Shown here piece by piece: positions 10,519 through 19,714 of a stretch of DNA of 64,000 nt. A program made the translations under genes and the position numbers. The notes beneath the pieces are model-generated. The model saw only the letters and a program-made list of their open reading frames with translations. It made no database searches and had not been told where the DNA came from. The stretch is from contig CBFIAK010000001.1 of NCBI GenBank assembly GCA_965660445.1, positions 1-64,000 on the forward strand. The letters are read 5' to 3'. Numbering within the stretch: the first letter of the stretch is position 1; every line of letters starts with the position of its first letter. Source of the stretch: Patescibacteria group bacterium (GTDB lineage Bacteria > Patescibacteriota > Gracilibacteria > UBA4473).

Positions 10519-10581
10519 ATGAAGATGTTTCTTTTTTCAAACGCATTTTTCTTTTTCTTTCCACAGAAAGAAGCGTTTTAG
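10519..10581 (+). CDS. Phe-rich leader peptide MKMFLFSNAFFFFFPQKEAF (20 aa)
   Basis: Translated by hand: 8 Phe codons, 5 of them consecutive; the stop codon lies within attenuator segment 2. Confidence 0.55.
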   Translation: MKMFLFSNAFFFFFPQKEAF

Positions 10582-10634
10582 AAATTTATTTCTTCATTCA
10601 TTCTCAAACGCTTCACAAAAAAGCGTTTTTTTTT
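10539..10634 (+). promoter_or_regulatory. Transcription attenuator with alternative antiterminator and terminator hairpins
   Basis: Segment 2 GAAGCGTTTtAGAA (10570-83) pairs with segment 3 TTCTcAAACGCTTC (10601-14). Alternatively AAACGCTT (10606-13) pairs with AAGCGTTT (10621-28) and is followed by a T run. Segment 1 AAACGC (10539-44) can pair with segment 2. Confidence 0.65.
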
Positions 10635-10655
10635 ATTTTTTATTTTTTTATTTCT

Positions 10656-10820
10656 ATGGAAAAAAATACACCAATTTCTGTTTCTGATTCCGAAAAAATA
10701 ACTGATACTCAAGAAAAAAGTATCGAACAAAAAAATACGCAAACACCAGTACAAAAAGTAGTAGACAGTATCCAATATGATGTTATCGAAGCAGCTCTTA
10801 AAGGAGATTCTCCGTGGTAG
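10656..10820 (+). CDS. Small orphan protein (54 aa)
   Basis: MEKNTPISVS...EAALKGDSPW; ATG just downstream of the attenuator; 3' end overlaps the dnaG 3' end by 23 nt. Confidence 0.55.
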   Translation: MEKNTPISVSDSEKITDTQEKSIEQKNTQTPVQKVVDSIQYDVIEAALKGDSPW

Positions 10821-12498
10821 AAGCTGGGGTTATAGTTTGATTTTGCAAAGCATAAAACTGTTTTAATTGATCATTCGTCTCTTGTTTTCGTTGTTTGGGT
10901 TGTTTTAATCGCTCAATAAATGCTCCAAAGTCTTGTTTCAGTCGTTCAGAAGAAACATCATGCGCATATAACAATTCTTGTGATAATTGAAACGCATGAA
11001 GACGGTGTTCTTCTTGAGGTTGAAGTGAATCTCCTTGACGTATTTTTTGAAAAAGCAGGGCTTCTGACTCATCAAAGAGTTCTTGTATTTTTTCGTTCAC
11101 ACGTGAACCAAAAAAATCCCAATGTGCCATTAAAAATCCAAGAAATGCTTGCGAAAGTGTAAAGACTGTTTTTTTTATTTCTGGTTCTTTTCTCGATACT
11201 TTAACCGTTGAATTTTTCATGAGAAACCGCTGAAACTCTTGTTCGATCAATAAACGCGGTTTTTTCATTTTTTGTGCAACACTCTCTATCATTTCATCAA
11301 GCACAAGTGGGCGACGAATAAGTGCCATATATTCAAAAAAGGAATCCAAGAATAATTGTTTTCCTTCCATTGATCCGTTTAAATACTTATGAGCAAACCG
11401 ATCAAGTAAAAAAGACAGTGCCACAGGCGCGTTCTTTAAAAGAGAATGAATACTTTCTGGATTCGTTTGAACTAGATCATCTAAATCTTTTACTCCTTGT
11501 ATATCAATAATAAAAGGATAAATATCTATCTGCAAACACATTTCAAGCGCTCGAAGCGTTGCTTTCTTTCCAGCAATATCAGAATCAAAAGCCAGATAAA
11601 CATTTTGAGTCATTCGTTTTGTAATACGCAAATGATCATCAGTAAGCGATGTTCCACACGTTGCAACCGCATACGCTATTCCTGCTTTATGCACCGAAAT
11701 AACATCGAAATTACCTTCCACAAAAACAATTTTATCTTGTTCTCGAATAGCTGATCGAGCTTGATACAATCCAAAAAGAGTTGATGACTTCTTATACACT
11801 GGATTTTCAGGAGAATTGATATATTTTGCTGGTGATTTTCCTCCTATATCTCTTCCTGTAAACGCTATAATATCACCATTACGAGGCTCATGAACAGGAA
11901 TAATAATGCGATTCAAAAACCTATCTTTCATCGTTTGGTTCCCAAAATCACGCTCAAAAGCAACGCCTGATTGAGCAATAAGATCAGCAGAGAAACCTTC
12001 GTTCAGTAGAAACTGAGTTAATCCGTTTTCTTTTTCTCCCCCGTACCCCAACCCCCACTGTTCAATAAGATCATCTGTTATACCTCGTTTAGAAAGATAC
12101 AATTGTGCAGATTCTGTTTTCGATAATTGTGCCTGAAAATACTCGTTTGCTTTCTTATGCAAAGCAAAAATATCTTTCTTTTGTTCTCGATTCGATGCGG
12201 TATGCGTCATCTCTTTTGGCATTTCCATTCCAGCCATATCAGCAAGCATTTCAACCGATTCCAAAAAAGATATGTTTTCAATACGTTCTAAAAAAGAAAT
12301 AACATCTCCTCCTTCCGAAGTTCCAAAATCATACCAAAACTGCTTATCTGGTGACACACAAAAACTCGGTGTTCGTTCTTTTCGAAACGGTGAACAACAC
12401 ATATAATTTTTTCCTGTTTTTTTGAGTTCTGCATACCGACGAACTATATCCACAATATCAATACGCGATTTTACGTCTTCTACAAACCGATCGTTCAT
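10798..12498 (-). CDS. dnaG: DNA primase
   Basis: N-terminal zinc-finger region (SPFRKERTPSF), KYINSPE, TOPRIM VEGNFDV and FDSDIAG. Confidence 0.96.
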   Translation of the reverse strand: MNDRFVEDVKSRIDIVDIVRRYAELKKTGKNYMCCSPFRKERTPSFCVSPDKQFWYDFGTSEGGDVISFLERIENISFLESVEMLADMAGMEMPKEMTHTASNREQKKDIFALHKKANEYFQAQLSKTESAQLYLSKRGITDDLIEQWGLGYGGEKENGLTQFLLNEGFSADLIAQSGVAFERDFGNQTMKDRFLNRIIIPVHEPRNGDIIAFTGRDIGGKSPAKYINSPENPVYKKSSTLFGLYQARSAIREQDKIVFVEGNFDVISVHKAGIAYAVATCGTSLTDDHLRITKRMTQNVYLAFDSDIAGKKATLRALEMCLQIDIYPFIIDIQGVKDLDDLVQTNPESIHSLLKNAPVALSFLLDRFAHKYLNGSMEGKQLFLDSFFEYMALIRRPLVLDEMIESVAQKMKKPRLLIEQEFQRFLMKNSTVKVSRKEPEIKKTVFTLSQAFLGFLMAHWDFFGSRVNEKIQELFDESEALLFQKIRQGDSLQPQEEHRLHAFQLSQELLYAHDVSSERLKQDFGAFIERLKQPKQRKQETNDQLKQFYALQNQTITPASTTENLL

Positions 12499-12559
12499 AT
12501 TTCATATATACGAAAAATACAAAAAAATACAAGCACCCACCCGACAAAAGAAGGACCAA

Positions 12560-13285
12560 TTATGACGAAAAAACGATACGAGTCCCAATATCTTCTCCTT
12601 GTATAAATCGAAGTAAATTTCCTTCTTGCATTAATTGAAACACTGAAATTGGCATATGATTATCTCGACATTGTGCAATAGCAGTTGAATCCATGATTTT
12701 TAAGTTTTTCTCTAAAACTTCGTCAAACGTAACGGTTGTGTATCGAACCGCATCGGCATTTTTCCGAGGATCTTTATCATAGACGCCATCAACATTTGTT
12801 GCCTTGAGAAGAACATCACATTTCAACTCTAAAGCTCTTAACGCTGCTGCTGAATCGGTGGTAAAATAAGGATTTCCTGTTCCTGCTGCACAAATCACAA
12901 TACGAGATTTCTCTAAATGGCGAATAACTCGACGCATAATATAAGGCTCAGCCACTTCAGGAATATCAATGGCACTGCACACTCGACAATGCAGTCCTTT
13001 TTTTTCAAGCGTTGCTTGTAATGCAATGGCATTCATAATAGTTCCCAACATTCCCATGTAATCAGACGGTACACGGTCAATATCTGAATGACTATTGCGA
13101 GCACCTCTCCATATATTGCCCGCTCCAATAACCACAACAATTTCAACGCCTAACGCATGAATTAATTGAATTTCTTGTGTAATAAAACGAAGAATATCAT
13201 GCTCAATCCCAAATTCCTTATCTCCCAGCAGAGCTTCTCCAGAAAGTTTCAAGAGAATTCGACGATATTTTGATTTTTTTTTCAT
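12560..13285 (-). CDS. pyrH: UMP kinase
   Basis: LLKLSGEAL, GNIWRG, DYMGMLGT, GNPYFTTD, DGVYDKDP. Confidence 0.97.
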   Translation of the reverse strand: MKKKSKYRRILLKLSGEALLGDKEFGIEHDILRFITQEIQLIHALGVEIVVVIGAGNIWRGARNSHSDIDRVPSDYMGMLGTIMNAIALQATLEKKGLHCRVCSAIDIPEVAEPYIMRRVIRHLEKSRIVICAAGTGNPYFTTDSAAALRALELKCDVLLKATNVDGVYDKDPRKNADAVRYTTVTFDEVLEKNLKIMDSTAIAQCRDNHMPISVFQLMQEGNLLRFIQGEDIGTRIVFSS

Positions 13286-13319
13286 TTCGTCTTACAGTAT
13301 AACAAAGAATAAAAAAGAA

Positions 13320-14162
13320 ATGAAAGTTATTTTGCTCACCACCCATAATCATATCGCTGCATGTGTATCAGTACACACAATGCTCAAAAACACCCTTTTA
13401 AAAAAACATAATATTGAGGTGGTTGGTATTGTTTCAAGTGAACCATATGAAAATAAGCAAAAACAAATAGCAAAACTCAAACAAATTATTCGCAAATCAG
13501 GTCTTTCTTTTGGTTTAAAACTTATAATCGTTGGGTTTATACAACTCGTATCTTTGAAAATAGCACGATTGGTGAAAGGAGAAAAAAATAGAACCTATTT
13601 TGAAATCGATGAGATTGCAAATAAGCATGGTATTGCATATCTTCGTACACAAAATATCAATAGTGATGAAGTAAAAACATTTATTGAAAACCACAAATCT
13701 GATTATTTAGTTTCTTGTGGGCTATTACAACTGGTTAAAAAACATATTCTGGATCTTCCTATAGAAGGGTCTATAAACTTTCATCCTTCGCTGATTCAAG
13801 AACACCGAGGAACCTTTAGTAGCTTTTGGGCTCTCTTTCGTCGAACAACTACGAGTGGGGCGACGGTCCACTTTATGACAGAAAAATTCGATGATGGAGA
13901 TGTAATTGTGCAAAAAAAATTCTTTGTACACCCCTCAGATACACTCTATTCTGTAGATGAGAAAAGTGCTAAAATTGGAGGAAACTTAATCGTGAAAGCA
14001 CTGGTAAAACTCAAACGAAAAAAAACGAAAAAAATATTTATTCATTCACTGGCAAAAATGCTGAGTGTTCCATCTCGAGAAGATATAGAAATAGTTCAAA
14101 AACACAGATCTCATATCTTTTCAATTCAAGATATTATGAGAATTCTCGGATTCAAGAAATAA
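13320..14162 (+). CDS. Formyltransferase family protein (Fmt-like N-terminal domain; substrate unknown)
   Basis: INFHPSLIQEHRG, GATVH, FDDGDVI motifs; lacks the Fmt C-terminal domain. Confidence 0.8.
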   Translation: MKVILLTTHNHIAACVSVHTMLKNTLLKKHNIEVVGIVSSEPYENKQKQIAKLKQIIRKSGLSFGLKLIIVGFIQLVSLKIARLVKGEKNRTYFEIDEIANKHGIAYLRTQNINSDEVKTFIENHKSDYLVSCGLLQLVKKHILDLPIEGSINFHPSLIQEHRGTFSSFWALFRRTTTSGATVHFMTEKFDDGDVIVQKKFFVHPSDTLYSVDEKSAKIGGNLIVKALVKLKRKKTKKIFIHSLAKMLSVPSREDIEIVQKHRSHIFSIQDIMRILGFKK

Positions 14163-14172
14163 ATTTCAAACT

Positions 14173-14625
14173 CTATTTTTCAGACAAATGACGTATAAAG
14201 TCCAAGACTTCTTGCGCATGATTCTTTGCTTTTACATTCATCCATGAATGAATAATAACTCCGTCTCGAATAAGAAACGTAGACCGAATAATACCAAGAA
14301 AAGTTTTCCCATACATTGATTTTTCTTTCCAAGCACCAAGCTTTGAAATAAGCTGTGCATCGGGATCCGAAAGTAACGAAAAATTCAAGTTTTCCTTTGA
14401 TTCAAATCGACAATGAGATTCAACTGAATCTTTTGATAATCCAAAAACAGAAACCCCTAACGAATCGAAATCTGGTTTCAAGTCTCGAAAATCTTGAGAT
14501 TCGAGTGTACATCCGGGAGTCATGTCTTTTGGATAAATATAAATAACCGATAATCCTTTTGAAAAATCTGCTTCTGTATATATTCGATTTTTCTGATCTG
14601 AAAGCGAAAACGAAGGAAGTTGCAT
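14173..14625 (-). CDS. bcp: Peroxiredoxin BCP/PrxQ
   Basis: YPKDMTPGCTLE, LLSD, RSTFLI. Confidence 0.93.
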   Translation of the reverse strand: MQLPSFSLSDQKNRIYTEADFSKGLSVIYIYPKDMTPGCTLESQDFRDLKPDFDSLGVSVFGLSKDSVESHCRFESKENLNFSLLSDPDAQLISKLGAWKEKSMYGKTFLGIIRSTFLIRDGVIIHSWMNVKAKNHAQEVLDFIRHLSEK

Positions 14626-14661
14626 AATAAAAAAATAAGAATAAATAATAAAAAAACACCG

Positions 14662-16878
14662 CTAATTCTGAATATCATGAAGAATCTTTTTTCCCCAAGA
14701 AGTGCTGGCACGAGAATCCAGACACCAAATTGTCTTTACTTCCGGATATTGAGCTAGGCGACGAGCCGTAAGCGATACAACGTGAGGAATAATCCAGGTA
14801 TCCCAGAATGAAATCGAAGATTCTATATGTGATTGTAAAAACGAAATCACTGGATGAGGAGGTAAAAATACAAATTTCTGTAACACTCCAACGGAAAAAG
14901 GATGAGTCGCTAATTTTGGAGAACTCATTCTCTGGTCAAACAAAATAACGGATGAAGATTGAGAAAGTTTTTCTAAAACTTTTCCGTCTCCTCCCGCAAC
15001 TTTTTCACCTAAGATTGTGTATGTCTGATCGGCAAATACTTGGGTTAAATCATGACATGATTTTTTGATAGCATCAAGACTTGAAAAATGAGCCACTAAA
15101 AAAGAATCTGGTTTGACCACTTGAGGGATGAGGTCTTCTAAAAATCGAGTGCAAAACGCATTAAAATCAGGAGATTTTACAGATATAAGGTGATCGGGAA
15201 TCTGAATGTTTCCATATGATTTTTTCAATGATAAAATACGGGGCGTTCCGTGTGTGCATCCCAGAAAAATACGGAAAAAAGAAAATGATTCATCAAGAAC
15301 ATGTCGATGAAAATAAACACATTGAAAAGATGAAAGATCTGATTTCCTCTGTTCCCAATCAGAAGGATTCCACGTTCCAAAAACCAAGTTTCCGCTTTCT
15401 GGATAATATTCTACCCACCGCTGCATCGCAGAAGACTGAGAAAGAAAATCATCAAGAAACAATTGATCAGACTTCGATAAGCCGAGATTTTCAATACCAT
15501 CTCTATACGATTCAAGATCATCAGAAACAGAGAGTTCTATTTTTTCTGGGAACCCTGACATCGTTTTTTGTAGTTTTGATTCTAGAAAATCTCGACAAAA
15601 ACGTGCAATCCAAAACTGTGTTGCCATAGAAATTTCTTCATTTTCATGAGACAAAGAAGACCGTAAAGAAACTTGCGTTGTACTTGAAAACAAAAGATCA
15701 ATTGCAAAAGATTCTGCTTCATCAATAAAAACTAAACGGTCTTGAAAAAGAGGCAAGTGATAAAACTCAGTAAAATGCTGAGGCAGGATACAAAAAGAAG
15801 ATTCTGATGTTATTGAAAGAATCTGTTCTTGAAAATAAAGGGTGTCCTCATTTTCTCCACACACTTGGTTCCACAAATCACGTTCTTGAAAAAACAAATC
15901 ATAATCATGACGAGTATAGCGAGACAAAAACAAACGATATCGACATTTTAAATAAAATGTTGACTCTTGATCATCAAACATTGATCGTTTATCACAAAAC
16001 AATTGAAGTCGTTTTTCATCAATAAAATCACACGGAGCTGTAAAGAAATACTGTTGATTATAAAAATCACGATGTGATGTTACCACCAGAGACTTTCTCT
16101 TATGACGTGTTACACACTGTGTCCAATGCTGAATAACGCAGGCCGTATCAACGGTATAAGACTGTGAAATATAGACATTATCCCCTTCTTTCATATCGAG
16201 TATCCATTCAGCAGATTCTTCACATAATTCGCGGTTATCGGGAATAGATGCCAACACTTGATGATTTAATGTTGATTGATTCATCGATTGCGGTGAATCT
16301 AAAAAAAGAAATCGAGCATGCCATTCGGTTTTATTACGAAGAAATTCTGTAATAGAATCTCGAAACGATTGAGGAAGTTCATGTATCTTATCACAAAGCC
16401 AATAAAACAAATCTGCATTTGCCTCTACATCACTCATTGCTCGATGAGCATCGGTATGAGCAAACCCATACGTTTGAGATAACACTTCTAAGGCATAACT
16501 TGATTCATTGGGAAGGATAATACGAGCGATTTCATGAGTATCAATACGATTATGGGTACTCATATCAATACCATTCTGCTGCAGAAACCGAATATCAAAA
16601 TCAATATTATGTCCCACAATAACACAATCGGATAAATCTTCTTGAATTTGTGATACAAGCGAATTAAACCGAATCCCATTCTCATCTACTTCTGATTGTG
16701 TGATACCCGTAATATGGGTAACGGTATCAGTGAGTTTGCTTTTTTCAGGAATCACAACCGCATCCATACCCGCTACAACTGTTTTATTCCTCTCGTGAAC
16801 AATATAGGCAATTTCAATAATAGAATCTTTTTCCGCATCAAATCCTGTGGTCTCTAGGTCTAAAAAACAATATTTCAT
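14662..16878 (-). CDS. DEDDh 3'-5' exonuclease fused to a degenerate DinG-like helicase body
   Basis: DLETTG, GHNIDFD, HRAMSD exonuclease motifs; later IDEAE and CLDSR remnants; no Walker A. Confidence 0.8.
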   Translation of the reverse strand: MKYCFLDLETTGFDAEKDSIIEIAYIVHERNKTVVAGMDAVVIPEKSKLTDTVTHITGITQSEVDENGIRFNSLVSQIQEDLSDCVIVGHNIDFDIRFLQQNGIDMSTHNRIDTHEIARIILPNESSYALEVLSQTYGFAHTDAHRAMSDVEANADLFYWLCDKIHELPQSFRDSITEFLRNKTEWHARFLFLDSPQSMNQSTLNHQVLASIPDNRELCEESAEWILDMKEGDNVYISQSYTVDTACVIQHWTQCVTRHKRKSLVVTSHRDFYNQQYFFTAPCDFIDEKRLQLFCDKRSMFDDQESTFYLKCRYRLFLSRYTRHDYDLFFQERDLWNQVCGENEDTLYFQEQILSITSESSFCILPQHFTEFYHLPLFQDRLVFIDEAESFAIDLLFSSTTQVSLRSSLSHENEEISMATQFWIARFCRDFLESKLQKTMSGFPEKIELSVSDDLESYRDGIENLGLSKSDQLFLDDFLSQSSAMQRWVEYYPESGNLVFGTWNPSDWEQRKSDLSSFQCVYFHRHVLDESFSFFRIFLGCTHGTPRILSLKKSYGNIQIPDHLISVKSPDFNAFCTRFLEDLIPQVVKPDSFLVAHFSSLDAIKKSCHDLTQVFADQTYTILGEKVAGGDGKVLEKLSQSSSVILFDQRMSSPKLATHPFSVGVLQKFVFLPPHPVISFLQSHIESSISFWDTWIIPHVVSLTARRLAQYPEVKTIWCLDSRASTSWGKKILHDIQN

Positions 16879-16961
16879 ACCGCTTCATAGTACCGATACA
16901 GAAAGAATAATTCAACTTAAAAAAAATTGATTTTTTCAATAAAGAAGCCATAATATCAATC

Positions 16962-17267
16962 ATGAAAACATCACTTCGCAGCGAAAAAAAAGCAAAAATA
17001 ATTCAACAACATATCCCGTTTATCCTTCAATCATTTATCGATCCTGATATTCATGGGTTCCCAACGATTACCCATATTCAAGTATCGGTTGATTTATTGT
17101 ATGCTGATATTTACATTCAAACCAAACAGGAGAAAACGATTGAGTATTTAAACCGAAATGCTCATCAGATAGCACATGAATTGGTACAAAAGTTTGAAAA
17201 TAGAAAAAAAATGATTCTTCGTTTCAAAAGAGATACAACCGATAAACTTTTAGAAAAAATACAATAA
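16962..17267 (+). CDS. rbfA: Ribosome-binding factor A
   Basis: TITHIQVSVDLLYADIY and LRFKRD pattern; ~100 aa. Confidence 0.8.
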   Translation: MKTSLRSEKKAKIIQQHIPFILQSFIDPDIHGFPTITHIQVSVDLLYADIYIQTKQEKTIEYLNRNAHQIAHELVQKFENRKKMILRFKRDTTDKLLEKIQ

Positions 17268-17279
17268 TATTTTGATTAT

Positions 17280-17876
17280 ATGATTATTGTCATAGCTACA
17301 CATAACCCCGGAAAACAAAAAGAAATGCTTTCTCTCTTGAAAAAAGAATCAACCCATACATTTCAAACTCTCAAAGATTTCGATACGTACATTGAACCAC
17401 CCGAAACAGGAACTTCATTTGAAGAAAACGCACAACAAAAAGCCTTATTTTATGGAAAAAAACTACAACGCCCAACCATTGCTGAAGATGCTGGAATTAT
17501 CCTAGACGCATTTCCAAACAAATTAGGAGTGCACACTCGACGGGATATTCCACACACAGATGATATCCAATGGCTTGAGAAGTTCTTAGATCTTCTTATC
17601 AGTCAAAAAAATAGACGAGCGACATTTTACTCCTGTTACGCCTATTACAACCCACACACACAAACGCTGCAAACCTACCAAGGAGAATTATCAGGAATCA
17701 TAGCTGAATTTCCTCAAACTCCCATTGAAAAAGGGATTCCTGCTTCAAGTGTTTTCATTCCTGATGGACATGACTGTGTCCTGAGTAGCCTTTCTCTTTC
17801 TGAAAGAAAACGAATATCTCATCGTGGAAAAGCAGGTAAAAAAATGGCACAGTTCCTGTCTCAATTGCCAGAATAA
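17280..17876 (+). CDS. rdgB: Non-canonical purine NTP pyrophosphatase (Ham1/RdgB)
   Basis: ATHNPGK, ETGTSFEENA, EDAG, SHRGKA. Confidence 0.9.
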   Translation: MIIVIATHNPGKQKEMLSLLKKESTHTFQTLKDFDTYIEPPETGTSFEENAQQKALFYGKKLQRPTIAEDAGIILDAFPNKLGVHTRRDIPHTDDIQWLEKFLDLLISQKNRRATFYSCYAYYNPHTQTLQTYQGELSGIIAEFPQTPIEKGIPASSVFIPDGHDCVLSSLSLSERKRISHRGKAGKKMAQFLSQLPE

Positions 17877-17902
17877 ATAAATACATTTATAATAAGGCAC
17901 GA

Positions 17903-18328
17903 ATGAAACAATACTGGTATTGGATTTGGGTATATGGGATATATGCTCCTTTGGTAGCACAAGCACAGACGCTACAAGACCGAGTATTTCGTGGTATAAT
18001 TCCAGCTCCCGATCCTACACAAACACAAATAGATCCATCAACAAATGAAGTCATCAATATCAGTTTAGGTGCAAAAATTCAAAATGGAACGGTATCATTA
18101 TCTGATATACCACTCGTTCTTATTTATTTTATTGATATCCTTACTAAAATTGCTGGTACACTCGCGGTTATCTTCCTTATGTATGGAGGATTTCAACTTA
18201 TGTTTGCTGGCGCAACAGAAGACAAGCAAGCCGCTAAATCAACTGTTAAATGGGCTATCATTGGACTCATCGTTACTTTTTTGGCATGGGTTATTGTTAA
18301 TTTTATCCAAACACAGTTGACCTCGTAA
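17903..18328 (+). CDS. TrbC/VirB2-like pilin-family membrane protein
   Basis: AQA signal cleavage, then two TMs with AVIFLMYGGF...AKSTVKWAIIGL, typical of CPR pilin-like proteins. Confidence 0.75.
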   Translation: MKQYWYWIWVYGIYAPLVAQAQTLQDRVFRGIIPAPDPTQTQIDPSTNEVINISLGAKIQNGTVSLSDIPLVLIYFIDILTKIAGTLAVIFLMYGGFQLMFAGATEDKQAAKSTVKWAIIGLIVTFLAWVIVNFIQTQLTS

Positions 18329-18394
18329 AAAAGCGAAAGAAATACTTGCCAGAACGCAGTGAGAAACATAAAATACGATGGTCTATTTTTCTAC

Positions 18395-19714
18395 ATGCAT
18401 GATATCTTAACGTGGTCACACATAATTCCGTTTCTTATATTTGGAATATCGTTTTTATGTATTGTTTTTGAGCCTTTTGATAAATCGATTATTGCCCTAT
18501 CGGGAGCGATTGCCATGGTGCTTACTGGAATTTTAACAGCCACACAAGCTATTGAAGCTATTGAATTTGAAACAATTTTACTACTCTTGGGAATGATGAT
18601 GCTGGTGCATATGGCATCAAAAAGTGGTGTGCTTTCGTGGCTGAACGTTCAGATTATTACTTTCACAAAAGGAAACCCATTACTTATATTTCTCTTATTT
18701 TCGGGAGCAACGGCTGTTTTTTCTGCAGTGTTGGATAACGTAACAACTGTGATTCTTATGGTTCCTCTTATTATTCAACTTCTCAAAAGTATAGGAAAAG
18801 ATCCTAAACTCTATATATTTGCTATTATTCTCTTTTCTAATATTGGAGGTGGATTAACCCTTATCGGAGATCCTCCCAATATTATCATTGGAGGGGCTAT
18901 GGATTTCAGTTTTCTTGATTTTATACAAAACCTTTGGATTCCTATAACAAGTGTCGCCATTATAATTGGAGGCTATTTTCTCATCCGTTTTCGAAAACGG
19001 TTTCAATCGATAACGCATAGTCTTACTGATCTCCATCTTACTTTTCTGCTTATTGAAAAAATAAAACAAACATTCCTCTCTCAAACTTTTCATAAACTAT
19101 TTGTCATTCAGGTTCTTTTTATATTATCACTCACAATCACAGGGTTTTTACTCCAAGAATACTGGCACATACCGGCCTTTGTATTTGCTTTTGCAGGAGC
19201 GATATCACTTGCGATTATATCTCGGAAACACATTGATATACACGAATCATTTCGATCGGTTGAATGGTCAACTCTTTTCTTTTTTGCGGGTCTTTTTATT
19301 ATAGTCCGTGGTATTGAAAGCACTGGTGCTCTAGAATGGCTAAGTCAGTACATTGTCTCAAGCACGCAAAACATCCTCTATTTATCACTTCTTATTTTGT
19401 GGGTTTCAGGGCTTATTTCTATGGTTTTAGATAACATTCCTTTTGTGGCGGTTATGATTCCTGTTCTTTTAGGTATTCAAAGCAGCCTCGGAGACGTAAA
19501 TACTGATATACTTTGGTGGTCTTTGTCATTAGGAGCCTGCTTAGGCGGAAATGGAACACTTATTGGAGCTTCCGCAAACATCGTTTCGGCAAACATTGCA
19601 CGAAAAAACGATATTCATATCGGGTTTCTTGAATACACAAAATTTAGTTTTCCTTTGACCATTGCCATGCTTGCCATTTGCAGTCTCTCTATTTATTTCA
19701 CTTTATCACTATGA
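18395..19714 (+). CDS. ArsB/NhaD (IT superfamily) transporter
   Basis: LDNVTTV, SNIGGGLTLIGDPPN, LDNIPFV, LGGNGTLIGASAN; many TMs. Confidence 0.9.
   Translation: MHDILTWSHIIPFLIFGISFLCIVFEPFDKSIIALSGAIAMVLTGILTATQAIEAIEFETILLLLGMMMLVHMASKSGVLSWLNVQIITFTKGNPLLIFLLFSGATAVFSAVLDNVTTVILMVPLIIQLLKSIGKDPKLYIFAIILFSNIGGGLTLIGDPPNIIIGGAMDFSFLDFIQNLWIPITSVAIIIGGYFLIRFRKRFQSITHSLTDLHLTFLLIEKIKQTFLSQTFHKLFVIQVLFILSLTITGFLLQEYWHIPAFVFAFAGAISLAIISRKHIDIHESFRSVEWSTLFFFAGLFIIVRGIESTGALEWLSQYIVSSTQNILYLSLLILWVSGLISMVLDNIPFVAVMIPVLLGIQSSLGDVNTDILWWSLSLGACLGGNGTLIGASANIVSANIARKNDIHIGFLEYTKFSFPLTIAMLAICSLSIYFTLSL

Noticed and set aside
10455-10655. N-terminal extension of the 121-aa ORF 10455..10820
   Set aside because: It runs through the promoter, attenuator and poly-T tract; ATG 10656 is the more plausible start.
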